From Felis catus (lineage: Eukaryota): 64,000 bases of DNA. The DNA lies in the NCBI RefSeq assembly GCF_018350175.1, contig NC_058373.1, positions 115,880,001 to 115,944,000 of the forward strand, written 5' to 3'. Made by a program: the position numbers and the translations under genes. The notes below the pieces were generated by a model. The model worked only from the letters and a program-made list of their open reading frames with translations. It was not told the DNA's origin and did not search any database. Shown piece by piece: positions 1-11,853 of the stretch; position 1 is the stretch's first letter; each line of letters begins with the position of its first letter.

Positions 1-1480
1 TGGTCCATCACATTGAACTGTTTCCATCAGGGAAGGGGCAACATTTTATCCTTACTGGAGTGGACACTATGCATACAGATTTTCCTTCCCTGAACACAAT
101 GCTTCCATGGACTTACAGAAAGCTTTATTCATCATCACTGTATTCTACACAGCATTGCTTCTGATCAAGGAACTCACTTCACAGCAAAAGAAGTGCAGCA
201 ATGGGCCCATGGTCATGGAATTCACTGGTATTACCATGTTCCCCACCATCTTGAAGAAGCTGTCTTTTTTGTTTGTTTGCTTGTTTATTTTTGAGAGAGA
301 GAGAGAGTGGGGGGGTGGGGCGCTGAGGGGCAGAGAGCGAGGGAGACACAGAAACCAAACCAGGCTCCAGGCTCTGAGCTGTCAGCACAGAACCCAACCA
401 GAGCTTGAACTCACGAACCACAAGATCACGATCTGAGCCGAAGTCGGACACTTAACCAACTGAGCCACCCAGGTGTCCCTTGAAGAAGCTGTCTTAATAG
501 AATGGTGGAATAACCTTTTCAAGACTAAGTCACAGCACCAGCTAGATGGCAATACCTTGCAGGGCTGAGGCCAGGCTCTCCAGAAGGCTGTATATGCCCT
601 GAATTAGTGTCCAACATATGATGTTATTTCTCTCATAGCCCAGATTCATGGGTCCAGGAATCAAGAGGTGGAAATGGGAGTGGCAGAAGTCACTATTAAC
701 CTTAATGACCTACCAGCAAAAGTTTTGCTTCCTGTTCCCACAACTTCATGTTTTGCTGGCTCAGAAGGCTTAGTCCCAGAGGGAACAGTACTTCTCCCAG
801 GAGACAAACGATTCCACTGACTGTAAGCCAAGACTGCCACCTGGCCACTTTGGGCTCCTCATGCCTCTGAATCCACAGGCAGTGAAGGGAGTTATGGTGA
901 TGGCTGGGGTGATTAATCCTGTTAACCAAAGGGAAATTGGACTACTACTTCACAGTAAATCAGTCAGAGTAAAATGGCAAGTAAGAGTGTCTGGAATACA
1001 GGAGATCCCCTAACATGTCTTTCAGTACTACAATGCCCTGTGACTAAGGTCAGTGGAAAACTACAACCCAATCCAGGCAGAACTATTAATGGTTCAGACC
1101 ATTTAGGAATGAGGGTTTTGGGTCACACCACCAGATAAATAACTATGATCAGATGAAGTACTTGCTGAAGGCAAAGGCAATAGAATGGGAGGTGGAAGAA
1201 GATGGTTACAAATACCAGCTGCAATCAGGTGAACAATTATAGAAACAGGACTGCAAGAGCCATGACTATTTCTTTTGCTATGAGTACAGTTGTATTCATA
1301 TTTCCTGTTTTCTTCTTTCCATTTTCCTCTTTCCTATTCCCTTATCACGTGGCATGAAATATTGAACTTATTTCACAGTATCTAGGTATTGTTAATTTCA
1401 CATCATAGTATTTAACTTACAGGATATCAAGAAGAGTAAAAATCACTCAAGGGCTTTATATACTCTTCTGGGGATGGGGT
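1..1480 (+). mobile_element. ERV-L internal fragment (decayed integrase plus dUTPase-like region), interrupted by a SINE
   Basis: Translates in pieces as SIASDQGTHFTAKEVQQWAHGHGIHWYYHVPHH, LQKAVYALN, IHGSRNQEVE and LPPGHFGLLMPLNPQA, typical of HERV-L/ERV-L pol. Many stops and frameshifts. Confidence 0.85.
267..478 (-). mobile_element. CAN-SINE (SINEC)
   Basis: tRNA-derived head, (CT)n, A-tail; TSD cttgaagaagctgtctt. Confidence 0.9.
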
Positions 1481-1493
1481 AAATATGTAAATC

Positions 1494-1536
1494 CCATATC
1501 CTATTGGTTCTGTTTCTCTGAACAGAACTCTAATAC
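1494..1536 (+). mobile_element. 3' end of an MLT2-like LTR
   Basis: atatcctattggttctgtttctctg...ctaataca resembles the MLT2 terminus. Confidence 0.55.
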
Positions 1537-1589
1537 AGATTCCATTCCAGGATGGATTGTATGCACTGAACCAGAGATCTTTTCTTGGG

Positions 1590-2305
1590 TCTGGGAACCA
1601 AGAACTGGAAGCCAGAGTGGGCACCACATATCACCATTTCCTATGACTCACTGGGGTGGTCTGTGCTTCCTGTCCCATTCAATTCTGTAATGTTAGAGGT
1701 TCTGATCTCCGAAGGGGTCACATTTTCACGAGGGGACAAAGCTAGAGTCCCAATGGAATTATAAGCTAACGTTGCCACCTGGGATTTTTGGGCTCCTTGT
1801 GTCCCTTCTCTAAGAGCAAGAAGAGGTTTCACAGTCTTGGAAGGTGTAATTGAGCCCAATCATTGAGAAGAGGTAGGACTGTTGTTAAATCATGGAGATG
1901 CAGGGAATATGTATGGAACCCAGGTGATCTCTTTTGGTGCTCCTTGGTATTCTCTAGTCCCACTGTGACTTTAAATGGAGAGACTTCAGCAATCCCAGTG
2001 TGAGAATGGTGACTAGACACTCTGGTGCTTTGGATACAAGAACCTGGGTATAGACAGTGGGTTATCACCCAAAGCCAGCAGAATATTATCTAAAGGTGAG
2101 GGAAACTAGAATGGATAGTGGAGGAGAGAGACAATAAGTGTCAATTTCAGCCCCAATACCAAACATGGTAGTAGGGACTGTGCTTCATCTCACTAATTTC
2201 CCTCTTATAAGGTTTCCCACAGGCAGAGATGCCTATTAGCATCCTGGATGAGCTGTTCCCAGAACATATATGGAAAAATGATTCAGGGCAATGCAAAAAC
2301 TGGAC
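1590..2305 (+). mobile_element. Second, more diverged ERV-L-class internal 3' end (HERV16/ERV3-16A3-like)
   Basis: Paralogous to 650-1250 (SGNQELEA..., LPPGIFGLL..., YVWNPGD); ends tggac just before an LTR start tgt. Confidence 0.65.
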
Positions 2306-2331
2306 TGTGAAATATCCAAATAAGCCACTTT

Positions 2332-2554
2332 TTTAAAATTTTTTTTCAACGTTTTTTTAATTTATTTTTGGGACAGAGAGAGACAGAGCATGAACGGGGG
2401 AGGGGCAGAGAGAGAGGGAGACACAGAATCGGAAACAGGCTCCAGGCTCTGAGCCATCAGCCCAGAGCCTGACGCGGGGCTCGAACCCACGGACCGCGAG
2501 ATCATGACCTGGCTGAAGTCGGACGCTCAACCGACTGCGCCACCCAGGCGCCCC
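2332..2554 (-). mobile_element. Young SINEC_Fc
   Basis: Near-consensus and CpG-rich; TSD caaataagccacttt. Confidence 0.95.
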
Positions 2555-2569
2555 CAAATAAGCCACTTT

Positions 2570-2768
2570 TAAAAAAAATGTCTATTTTTGAGGGAGACAG
2601 AGCATGATTGGGGGAGGGGGAGAGAAAGAGGGAGAGACAGAATCTGAAGCAGGCTGCAGGCTCTGAGCTGTCAGCACAGAGCCTGATGTGGGGCTCAAAC
2701 CCACCAACCGTGAGATCATAACCTGAGCCAAAGTTGGATGCTTAACAGACTGAGCCACCCAGGAGCCC
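2570..2768 (-). mobile_element. CAN-SINE (older)
   Basis: Same TSD caaataagccacttt. Confidence 0.9.
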
Positions 2769-3687
2769 CAAATAAGCCACTTTGATTCTCCTTCAAGGAA
2801 AGTCTTGCTGAACAGCTGCGGAGATTATAATCAGCAGAGAGTCTCCAGATGTCAGCTATTTAGGATAGCCTTGGTTGCCTTCCCAGGTCACCCCACATCC
2901 AGTGAATGAGCAAGAGAGGGTATGAAGACCTGGCCATTTGGGGCCAAATCTGTCACGCAGTATTTTTATTCCAGAGCTCGCTGCTGGGCTGGCCATGGCT
3001 TCCATGCAGTACCATTTCTCTCTGCACAACTGACTTCCTCCCCTTTTCACAGTAGTTGGTCCCTATCAAAATCTCACAATCTAAGCTCTAACTCTGCTTC
3101 TGGAGAATTCAGACTATCACAGTAAAATAACTACTGAAAGCACTTGATAGCCCTAGGGTGAGGGGAACAAAGGAAAGAACAAAGGAAAGTGGTTTATCAA
3201 TATGCCGGTGATTCAAAGAGGTCCCTTGCAGAGCAGGGCAAGGGACCAGTTGCTGGTCAGAAATCAGAGGAGGACCACCCTGCTAAGCTCAGAGCTGCAC
3301 GTCAGACCTCTGAGGGTGTCAGTGACCAAGAATGAAGGTGGTTCTAAAGAGCCAACAAAACTGGAGTCCAAAACCAAACTTGGCTACTAGAATGAATGGC
3401 CCAGCCAAAATGATAGAGTTACTTTCGGCACACAGAAACGTAACCCCTTTCCCCCCTCATCCAGCACTCTAGGCTACTTCTACTGCCCTCTGTTGGTACA
3501 GTTACCCACAAGAAAACAGGTGGAACAGAAGTGGGATCTGTAGAGGCATATTCCTGACATCACATCTAGAGCACAAAGGTGGGAGGAGGATTAGAGCTGA
3601 TAGACTCCAGCTTCAAAATATCTCCTTGCTGTGCCTTTGCCCAGGAAATAAAAACAGACGACTTCCGAGGGGAAAAAAAAATGAAGT

Positions 3688-3693
3688 TTTAAT
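3688..3693 (-). terminator. Candidate ADAM20 polyadenylation signal (ATTAAA)
   Basis: ATTAAA about 180 nt after the stop, followed by a U-rich tract on the - strand. Confidence 0.5.
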
Positions 3694-3870
3694 ATTGCTT
3701 AAAACATGAAGAGTAAGAAAGTACATGCTAGAAATCCTCTGGTGTGATATTAATGCTTATGATCCTGATATGAGGGATCCTTAAATTTTTCTTTAAACAG
3801 TCAGACATGCTCTAATGTTTCTGTACTATTAAAAGAAGTGCTAGATATTTGTTTAATGCGACAGGAGTTT

Positions 3871-6060
3871 TTAGCCTTCCTCTTCCTCCTCCCGCTCCTC
3901 CTCTTCATTCAAAATTTTCTTACCAAGTATAATTAGGAAAAGTAAAACAAAAAGAGTTAAAGGAATGAACCACAATAATATCAGGTAGTCCAACCATTTC
4001 TCTCCTTCTGATGCCACCTGGTTCTGAGGAGGTGGCCCGCTGTCAATACTGCCTCCATGGCCCACATGCTGGCACTTGGGAGGTGCCCATCCATAGTTGC
4101 AGTGGCAATGCTGTTTATTATTGCAGACCCCGTTCATGTGGCAGGTCTCATCAGCCTGACAGCTTCGCAGTGGATAGGTCATGTTGACACACTTCTTGTG
4201 GATGCATATCTTTTTTTGACCACACACTGTGCCATCTTTCACTTGGCCAATATCAGGTATGGACATCCCTACATGATAATCAGTGCCCCAGCAAGTGATG
4301 TTTTTGAGGTGAAGTTGATGCACTGTAGAATGCTGTATCAGACTAGGAATTACTTCCACATTCTCACACTGTACTCTCCCACAGAGAATATCAGGGGCCT
4401 CACATTTTATGTATATTAGGTCTGTGATATCACAGTGACCAAACCGATTTCCTTGGGTGTTGATTTCTCTGTAGCATCTCTGAGATGCACTCCTTGAGTC
4501 TTTGCCAAAAATCTCCCTGCACTGCTTGTCATGGTTGGGACATCTCCCTTCATAGCAGTAGGCATCATTACCACAGGGAACCCCGTCCTGCACGTATACA
4601 TCTTCTGGGCACAGATGAGATGTCCCATTACACCATTCGGGGAGGTCACATTCACTCATCTGCTGCCTGCACACAGTCCCTGATGGCATGAACTTGCAGT
4701 CTTTGCAACAAATTCCAAAAGTACAAGCAGCTCCAGGCTTCAGAGTACAGTTCAACAGACAACAGGGGTCATTTAAACACTGGTGTATGGTGCCACAGTC
4801 ACACTCCTCTCCTTCTTCAATCACTAAGTTCCCACAAAACTGTCCCATAGAGATATTCGCAGAATGTGGAGATGACTTAATACATGACCCTCTAGAGAGA
4901 GTATTGTCCCAGTACCGGGCATAACTGCAATTGCTGAACTTAGTTGTCACCTTCCGGGAAGGATACATTAGGCACCACTGAAGCCCACACACACATTGTT
5001 CAGTATCATGAAACATACCCAAATTATGACCAAGTTCATGGGACACAGTAAGTGCAAAATAAAACAGACTGTCTCCTTCAAAAACATCAACTCCACTATT
5101 AAAAGGGCGTTGGCATATCCCTCCAACGTAGGCAACTCCAAGCTTTGTGCCAAAACGTTTTTTTATGAAAAGATGGGCAGTGTCATGGTGCAGTCGGGCA
5201 TCAAGATTGACAGACTTCCAAAGGGCAAAATCCTCCACAAGCTGATCTATCTGATCAGCGACAACTAGGTTTCTTTCACTCCAGATTTCAATCCCAGTCA
5301 AAACTACATCAACCTCCAAAGAGTAATATAAGATATCTAGTATATTGATAACATCAAATACTTCACGCTGTACTACTGACACGTTACTTTCGTAGTACAG
5401 GAATCGATTATGGTCCATGACTACACCCAGCTCAAGAAACCGCAAGTGGGTCCACCAGCCAGGATAAGAACTTTGTATCAGAGTAGAATTATATGAGGCT
5501 CTCAACTGCAAATGTCGTGCTATTTCCTCTTCTGTTAGCCCACATCTCATAGGTGGGAGTTGTGTATCATCACTATCTCTCTTATATACCAGGTGTTCAA
5601 ATGTGGCAGAAAACCTAACTGGCTCAATTTCATAAGCAAGGTCATTTATCTGCAGCATTCCTCGAAAACCTCCAGAACAGGTACTGAGGGCAACCAGGGA
5701 TTCAGGGACTCCTTCCACATAGCCATGATAGTAGCAGTCGTCTGGAACAAAAGGCTGATCCTGGTGGAGGGCTTGCTGGTCTGTGTAGGTGAACACCAGG
5801 AAGTGTTTAGAAATCAAGAGCTTCTTGACCTTCATGTGGACAATGTGTCTCTGGCCCCCAAACTGCAAGCTGTAGGAGAGCCAGCCTGGTGCCTTTATAC
5901 CTCTGTCCCTGCCAGTCACCTTCAAGGGGACCACCAATTCTGGGGAGGAGAAGTGCTGGGAGGGCCTGTCTTGAGAGTGGCCAGAAATGAACCGAGACAT
6001 CCCAACCCAGAGTAGCAGAAGAGTGATCCTGATGTGCACCAAGGCCTCACCCACTGCCAT
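3871..6060 (-). CDS. ADAM20: Disintegrin and metalloproteinase domain-containing protein 20 (or closest paralog), 729 aa, single coding exon
   Basis: Signal peptide MAVGEALVHIRITLLLLW, prodomain with PMRCGL, intact Zn motif HELGHNLGMFHD (5005-5040) plus Met-turn, disintegrin ECD loop, Cys-rich, EGF, TM and short acidic tail. Closely resembles recalled human ADAM20 and sits next to MED6 as in human. Confidence 0.9.
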   Translation of the reverse strand: MAVGEALVHIRITLLLLWVGMSRFISGHSQDRPSQHFSSPELVVPLKVTGRDRGIKAPGWLSYSLQFGGQRHIVHMKVKKLLISKHFLVFTYTDQQALHQDQPFVPDDCYYHGYVEGVPESLVALSTCSGGFRGMLQINDLAYEIEPVRFSATFEHLVYKRDSDDTQLPPMRCGLTEEEIARHLQLRASYNSTLIQSSYPGWWTHLRFLELGVVMDHNRFLYYESNVSVVQREVFDVINILDILYYSLEVDVVLTGIEIWSERNLVVADQIDQLVEDFALWKSVNLDARLHHDTAHLFIKKRFGTKLGVAYVGGICQRPFNSGVDVFEGDSLFYFALTVSHELGHNLGMFHDTEQCVCGLQWCLMYPSRKVTTKFSNCSYARYWDNTLSRGSCIKSSPHSANISMGQFCGNLVIEEGEECDCGTIHQCLNDPCCLLNCTLKPGAACTFGICCKDCKFMPSGTVCRQQMSECDLPEWCNGTSHLCPEDVYVQDGVPCGNDAYCYEGRCPNHDKQCREIFGKDSRSASQRCYREINTQGNRFGHCDITDLIYIKCEAPDILCGRVQCENVEVIPSLIQHSTVHQLHLKNITCWGTDYHVGMSIPDIGQVKDGTVCGQKKICIHKKCVNMTYPLRSCQADETCHMNGVCNNKQHCHCNYGWAPPKCQHVGHGGSIDSGPPPQNQVASEGEKWLDYLILLWFIPLTLFVLLFLIILGKKILNEEEEREEEEEG

Positions 6061-6300
6061 TATGGAGTTGTCATTATGAAGCCACCTGTCCAGGGCAGAA
6101 GAGGGCAGGGTATGAGGTACTGCTGGTCTGGCTCCTCCCTCTGAGCTGCTTAGGGTGCAGGGTTGACCTTTATGGATCTGTGTCCTAGAAGAGGTGGACC
6201 ATCAGAGTTGCAGTGCTGTAAGTGGAAATAAAAAAGAAGAGCTAGGATGGGGTTGGTGGGGTAGGAAGGGTGGGATAGAGAGAGAAGAAAGTGAAGTAAA
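6061..6300 (-). promoter_or_regulatory. ADAM20: ADAM20 5'UTR part of the coding exon (6061-6215) and its splice acceptor with polypyrimidine tract
   Basis: - strand ...ctcttcttttttatttccacttacag|cactgc, AG at 6216-6217 after a long pyrimidine tract. Confidence 0.7.
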
Positions 6301-6399
6301 AGTGATTCTTCAATTGGAATGAGGCTAGAATTAATAAAATGCCCGAGACTGTCATATACATATGCACATATATGAGTATATACATATGCACACATATAC

Positions 6400-6404
<5 letters not shown>

Positions 6405-6450
<46 letters not shown>
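6405..6450. repeat. (TG)n microsatellite
   Basis: Direct. Confidence 0.95.
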
Positions 6451-6453
<3 letters not shown>

Positions 6454-7630
6454 GCAGGCAGGGGGTGGTAGAGGACAGGTTTCTAGAGGAAGAAATGAAG
6501 GAGGTTAGTCATAAATAATGGTTGAAACTGGATGGTGGATAGATAAAAATTGATTACATACTGTTTTCTAAACATGTAAACCGGCAATGAAATTTTCCCT
6601 ATTAAAAGACAGACATCTGACTTCCCGATTGCTCCTCCAACCAAAAATCTACCAATACCCTACTATCTTCAGGAAGCATGTGGACAACCCATCCAAAACC
6701 CACCGACTTTTTTGTCTCTTTTTGCCACACAGTTTATTCTATCTCCCCTTTACTTGTGCAGGACATCTGATCTCCCATTGTATCCGAGGTTAGCAGTCAA
6801 AGTAAGTGTCACTTAAGGGACTCATTAATTTTGGGAGACCCCTTCCAATCAAGACAGATTTTTATTTTAAGATGCATTCTTATCTGTAGAAAAACTCTGG
6901 ACATCCAAAGAAAGGCAGCCACACTGATAGGGAAGCAGGGAATGCGTTGCTATTTTGAGACAAGGCAAACAGCCCAACTGCCTCCAATCACAGCATGCAG
7001 GCAGCAGCCTTCTCTCTACCCAGCTCAGCTGCATCATGCTTTCAATCATAAGAGACTCATCTTAGATGTATAAATATAGATTCTATTCTATATTTTTTCA
7101 TGGCCAGTGATTTAGCTGAATTCTCTAGAGAAAGATGGATTGAGAAGCTTAATCCTAGAGTCAGTTCATTAAAACGTTCAAAAGGCCACACACAGTTCAA
7201 GTGGACTTATGTCATTCCTGTTGAAAACATAAATTTTGGTTCAGGCAAAAGTTAAATTTGTTCATTCACTAACTTTTATTAAAAGTATCAATAATTTATT
7301 GAATATTTGAAAGCAAAAATTAAATTTGGAGACACACTGGAACATATATACTGGTGACATGAATATTCTAAATAAGTACACAAATGGGGTCAGCAGTATA
7401 GAGTATGAAAAATATCCTTAGCATTATAATGTCAAGAACTCCTGTCCACATTTGGATGCTTTTTCAGAACTAATGGATGGCTACTGGAAGCCAAGAATAC
7501 TAAATGAATCCTTTCAGGGAAAGGATCTCTGGTAGAGGTGAAATCCTAATTACTAGATTTCCTCTCCATTTCTCTCTTCATAATATACTTGGTATATGCT
7601 ATAGATCTGGGAATATTAAGATGAGAATGT

Positions 7631-7953
7631 CAGTCAGAGAGAGACAAATACCCTATGTAGAATTTAAGGTACCAAACAGATGAACGTAACAGGAAGGGGT
7701 GGGGGAATAGAAGAGAGGGAAACAAACCACAAGAGACTCTTAATGATAGCGAACAAACTGAGGGTTGCTGGAGGGAGGTGGGTGGGGGATGGGCTAGATG
7801 GGTGATGGGTACTAAGGAGGGCCCTTGCTGAGATGAGCACTGGGTGTTGTATGTAAGTGATGAATCACTGAATTCCACTCCTGAAGCCAATACTGTATTG
7901 TATGTTAACAACTAAAACTTAAAATTAAAAAGAATAAATTATATTTAAAAAAG
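7631..7953 (+). mobile_element. 5'-truncated carnivore L1 3' end
   Basis: L1 3'UTR plus A-tail; TSD gatgagaatgt (7620-7630 / 7954-7964). Confidence 0.85.
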
Positions 7954-8000
7954 GATGAGAATGTGTGAGTTGGAAGAGGGATATTAAAGATAAAGCATTA

Positions 8001-8179
8001 GATGGACGCCTGGGTAGCTCAGTCGGTTAAGCATCTGACTCTTGATTCCCGCTCAGGTCATGATCTCACAGTTTGTGGATCCAGTCCCACATGTCTGCCC
8101 CTCCCCTGCTTGTGCACATGCGCACATAAGTGCACGCTCAAACACGTACGTGTGCTCTCTCTCTCTCAAAACAAAAAGA
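8001..8179 (+). mobile_element. CAN-SINE with internal deletion
   Basis: TSD aaagataaagcatta. Confidence 0.85.
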
Positions 8180-8873
8180 AAAGATAAAGCATTATAAAAA
8201 GGAGAATAACCTATATTAAGCTTTGTCAGAAATATGATGCGGTAATAATAGAAAAGTTCATTGCTGAGAATCTTTGAGACACATCAGACTGTCAACATTG
8301 CATTGCTCCAAAGATGAGCCTTGAAGGAACACTGTGTTACCACAAACCATGTGAACCGATGTCACTCCAAAGCCCTCCTTTCTACGGTTACCAGCACTTC
8401 AAGCAGTGTTCAGGTTTTCCTCTTAATCAATACTTAGCTCTTCTATTTCCAGCAGCTATTTCAAATTGCCCCAAACCCTTATCTTCCCATGTCTCCTCTC
8501 ATGCCCAGTCACAGACTCATTTCAGTGTTTCTCAAGCTTAGGCCACAAGCCATACAGGGTCACGAAGTCAATTTAGTGAGCCACAACCAATTGACACAAT
8601 ACTAAATATCAGAGAGCCTCACACAGATCAGCACCCCCTGCTGTTACCTACCACCACAGAAGCCATAGTAGCGTTCTATTGACACTTGTTATATAATTAT
8701 CAATTATTTCCTGAACTCCAAAACTAAAATTTATAGCTGGAGATGGGATCTGCACATTATATTTCTCCGTTGTTATTTGGCTTCCTGAAGTTTTATCAAC
8801 ACGGATTCGAGAGAGAGAATAAAACGCAAGAAAAGAGGACAAGGAACTTGTCATTACCTATCTGCCTGCCTGC

Positions 8874-9558
8874 TGTTACGTTCTGTAAATTCCCAGCCAT
8901 GATGCCTTGCTCTGGTGGGGACAGTTGGTTACCACATTCCCAGAACCAGCTCCATTAAGCCCTAACAAAGGTATGAGTACTAGATGAACAGTGTGCCCTT
9001 CTCAGAAGTCTGAGCACCAGATGTACAGAGCCATCCTCCAGTACCCCGGGTGACCCACACTAGCTAGCCAGTGTCCCTTCCTTAGATGTTCCAGGCATAC
9101 CACAAAGCACCCTGATATAAGCCCCATGTGTATAGCACTTCTCTCTCTGAGATCTGAGTCACAATTCTGGAAGACCTTCTTCCAAGTTGCTAAGTATCAG
9201 CTCACCAAGTCCCCCAGTACCAGCTCAGCATCACCTTATGGGAAGAACAGCTATTAGCTCTACAGAACCCCTTTTCTGATTTCCTAAGTTACCAACATGA
9301 CCAGAGCAAAGCCCTATCTTCTACAGTCCAGATCTATGAGGCCCATTATGAAACTATCCATTTATGATAACCCCATCCTCTGCCCTTCCCTACACCCCCC
9401 CCAATCTTAGGCATAGAGCTTTTTCTAGCAACTAATACCTCTGTGTACCTCAGCACTTCTTTTCATCTTTCCAGTCCTTTAGAAACTTTTCAAGAATTCC
9501 TTTAGATTAATTACTCTTGGTAGGCTTTTCTTTCCTGGACTAGATCTTGACAGCTACA
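8874..9558 (+). mobile_element. Old ERV-L LTR (5' boundary uncertain)
   Basis: Ends ...gacagctaca directly before the ERV-L-type internal start ggacttggtaccaagagtg. Confidence 0.5.
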
Positions 9559-9942
9559 GGACTTGGTACCAAGAGTGCTGCCAAGAGAGACAGACACCAT
9601 GGGACTCTGGGATTGGTATGGGCATGTCCATGGCTTTACACACTGCTGAACTCCTGTCCAATGGGGAATGAGCATGCAATGACATCACAATGAATTGAAT
9701 TACCAGCCAATGTTTACTGTGATGAAGTGTACTACTGAAGCAAATGTGTAGGCACCAAGTGTGATGATGGCTGAAGCAAATGTGTGGGGACCAAGTGTGA
9801 TGATGGCTGGAAGTACCTCAAAGACTGTTCTGGAGAATTTGCACAGTGAGGCTCAAGGCTCTAAACTCTCAGCTCAAAGAGCTGATAATGATAGACCTAA
9901 AAGAATCTCTCATTGGTTTTGGACATAGAGTCAGTTTTACCA

Positions 9943-9977
<35 letters not shown>

Positions 9978-10410
9978 AACTTTAATTGTGAAGTTATAGA
10001 GCCACAACATAAGTTGAATGTGTAGATTTGCCAAGACTCTGATGGGAAAGTTAGAACACTGAGAAGGCAAAAAACCTTGACGCTTGCAAAGAAGAACTCC
10101 AGATGGACTTAACTGATTCTGAGTATCTTGATCCTCCCAAGTGTCCCTGAGTCTCAGTTACTGGGAGAGAAGCCAGTCTGAAGAGCCTAGACACCTATAG
10201 CTTGAGACCCTGTCCCTTCTGTGGAAGTTACTCTGCAAGGAGATACCTAGTCTCCTGAAGACATACTCTTACCATCCTTTATTGGCTCTAGATGCAAATC
10301 AGAATCTAATTCAACACATTCCAGGGGAACAAATTCAACATCTGAATTGAGAGGAAGGAACTTCTACACCAAAATAATGATAATATCTTACTAATTTATA
10401 TTGCCAAAAA
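9559..10410 (+). mobile_element. ERV-L gag remnant
   Basis: PBS-like start; LKESLI...NQTLIVK...QHKLN...GKVRTL resembles ERV-L gag. Confidence 0.65.
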
Positions 10411-11051
10411 GGGGGGGGGGCATTATATTAATAACAGAAAAGCTAAAGTAGTTAAAGATATATTTAGTGTGATAAAATTCAACACAAATTTGTATTTATT
10501 TAATAAATACCTTCAAAATATATAAAGAAAACATTGAGAAATCAAAAAGAAATAGAAAAATACAAAATCTACTTGTAAATATTAACATACTTCTCTCAGC
10601 AACTGAGAGAAAAATCACCCACGAAAAAAGGATAAGGAAATAGAAGATTTAAGCAAGGCTAATCAAATTAACCTGACACATGTAAAACACTACAGCCAAC
10701 AACTGCAGAACAGGTATTAGGTTCAATTGCACATGAGATATTTAGCAAAATAGATGATATCCATGGTCATAAAGGAAGTCTCAACAAATGGTAAAAATAA
10801 AAATCGCATAATATATGTTCCTTAACTACAGAATTTTTAAAAACTGGATAGGAAAAAGAGCTAGAAAATAGCCATTTCTTTCAAAATTAAAGAAAAGCCT
10901 TCTAAATAAGCCATGGTCCAAGTATGATCAAAATATGTAATTAAAAATATTTTGGACTGAATGAAAATACAACATATTAAATTTGTAGAATTAAAGCAAT
11001 GCTTATATGGAAATTTCTGTATTTCAAGGTATATATTAGAAAAGGATAGTA

Positions 11052-11265
11052 GGGGTGCCTGGGTGGCTCAGTTGCTTAAGCCTCTGACTCCTGATTCCGG
11101 TTCAGGTCATGGTCTCACAGTTTGTGAGTTCGAGTCCCACATCGAGCTCTGTGCTGACAGTGTAGAGCCTGCTTGAGATTCTCTCTCTCTTCTTCTCTCT
11201 GTCCCTCCTCCATGCTCTTGCTCTCTTTCTCTCAAAAATAGATAAATATTTTTTTTAAAAAGGAG
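11052..11265 (+). mobile_element. CAN-SINE
   Basis: ggggtgcctgggtggctcag head, (CT)n, A-tail. Confidence 0.9.
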
Positions 11266-11365
11266 AAAGATTGAAAATATTTTATGTAAGATATAATGTC
11301 ACAAAGCTAGAAAGATGAGAGCTAATTAAACTTTAATAGATAAAATTTTAAAATAAACACGGGAC

Positions 11366-11640
11366 GGGGGGCCTAGGTGGCTCAATCAGTTGAGTATCTG
11401 ATTCTTGGTTTCTGCTGGAGTCATGATCCCAGCATTATGGGATCGAGCCCCACGTGTGCTCCATGCTGAGTGTGGAGCCTGGTTGAGATGCTCTCTCTCT
11501 CTTCCCTTGCCCCTCTCCCCTGCTAATGCTCTCTCTCTCTAAAATAATAAAATAAAATAAAATAAAATAAAATAAAATAAAATAAAATAAAATAAAATAA
11601 AATAAAATAAAATAAAATAAAATTAAAAATAAATAAAAAT
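11366..11640 (+). mobile_element. CAN-SINE with tail expanded to (AAAAT)n
   Basis: SINE body; pentamer repeat 11541-11640. Confidence 0.9.
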
Positions 11641-11810
11641 AAAGATGGGAGTACAAAACAATAAAACAAAAATATACTAAAAAGAAAATAAAGTCAAACA
11701 CTGGTTCCTTATAAGGAACTGACAAACACTTAGCAGTACTGATCAAGAACTAAATTGAGAAAATACAAATTGCCAGTAAGTGTTCCTATAGTAGTTTCTA
11801 TTATGTATAA

Positions 11811-11853
<43 letters not shown>

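Larger units (their letters stand above)
2306..3121 (+). mobile_element. LTR16-like ERV-L LTR interrupted by two SINEs
   Basis: TG...CA ends, follows the ERV-L internal 3' end; terminus ctctgcttctggagaattcagactatcaca. Confidence 0.55.
10430..11775 (+). mobile_element. Old L1 ORF2 (endonuclease region) fragments with nested SINEs
   Basis: Degenerate L1 EN motifs such as gagatatttagcaaaatagatgatatccatggtcataaagg. Confidence 0.65.

Noticed and set aside
4057..6015. Several + strand ORFs overlapping ADAM20
   Set aside because: Antisense shadows of the real CDS.
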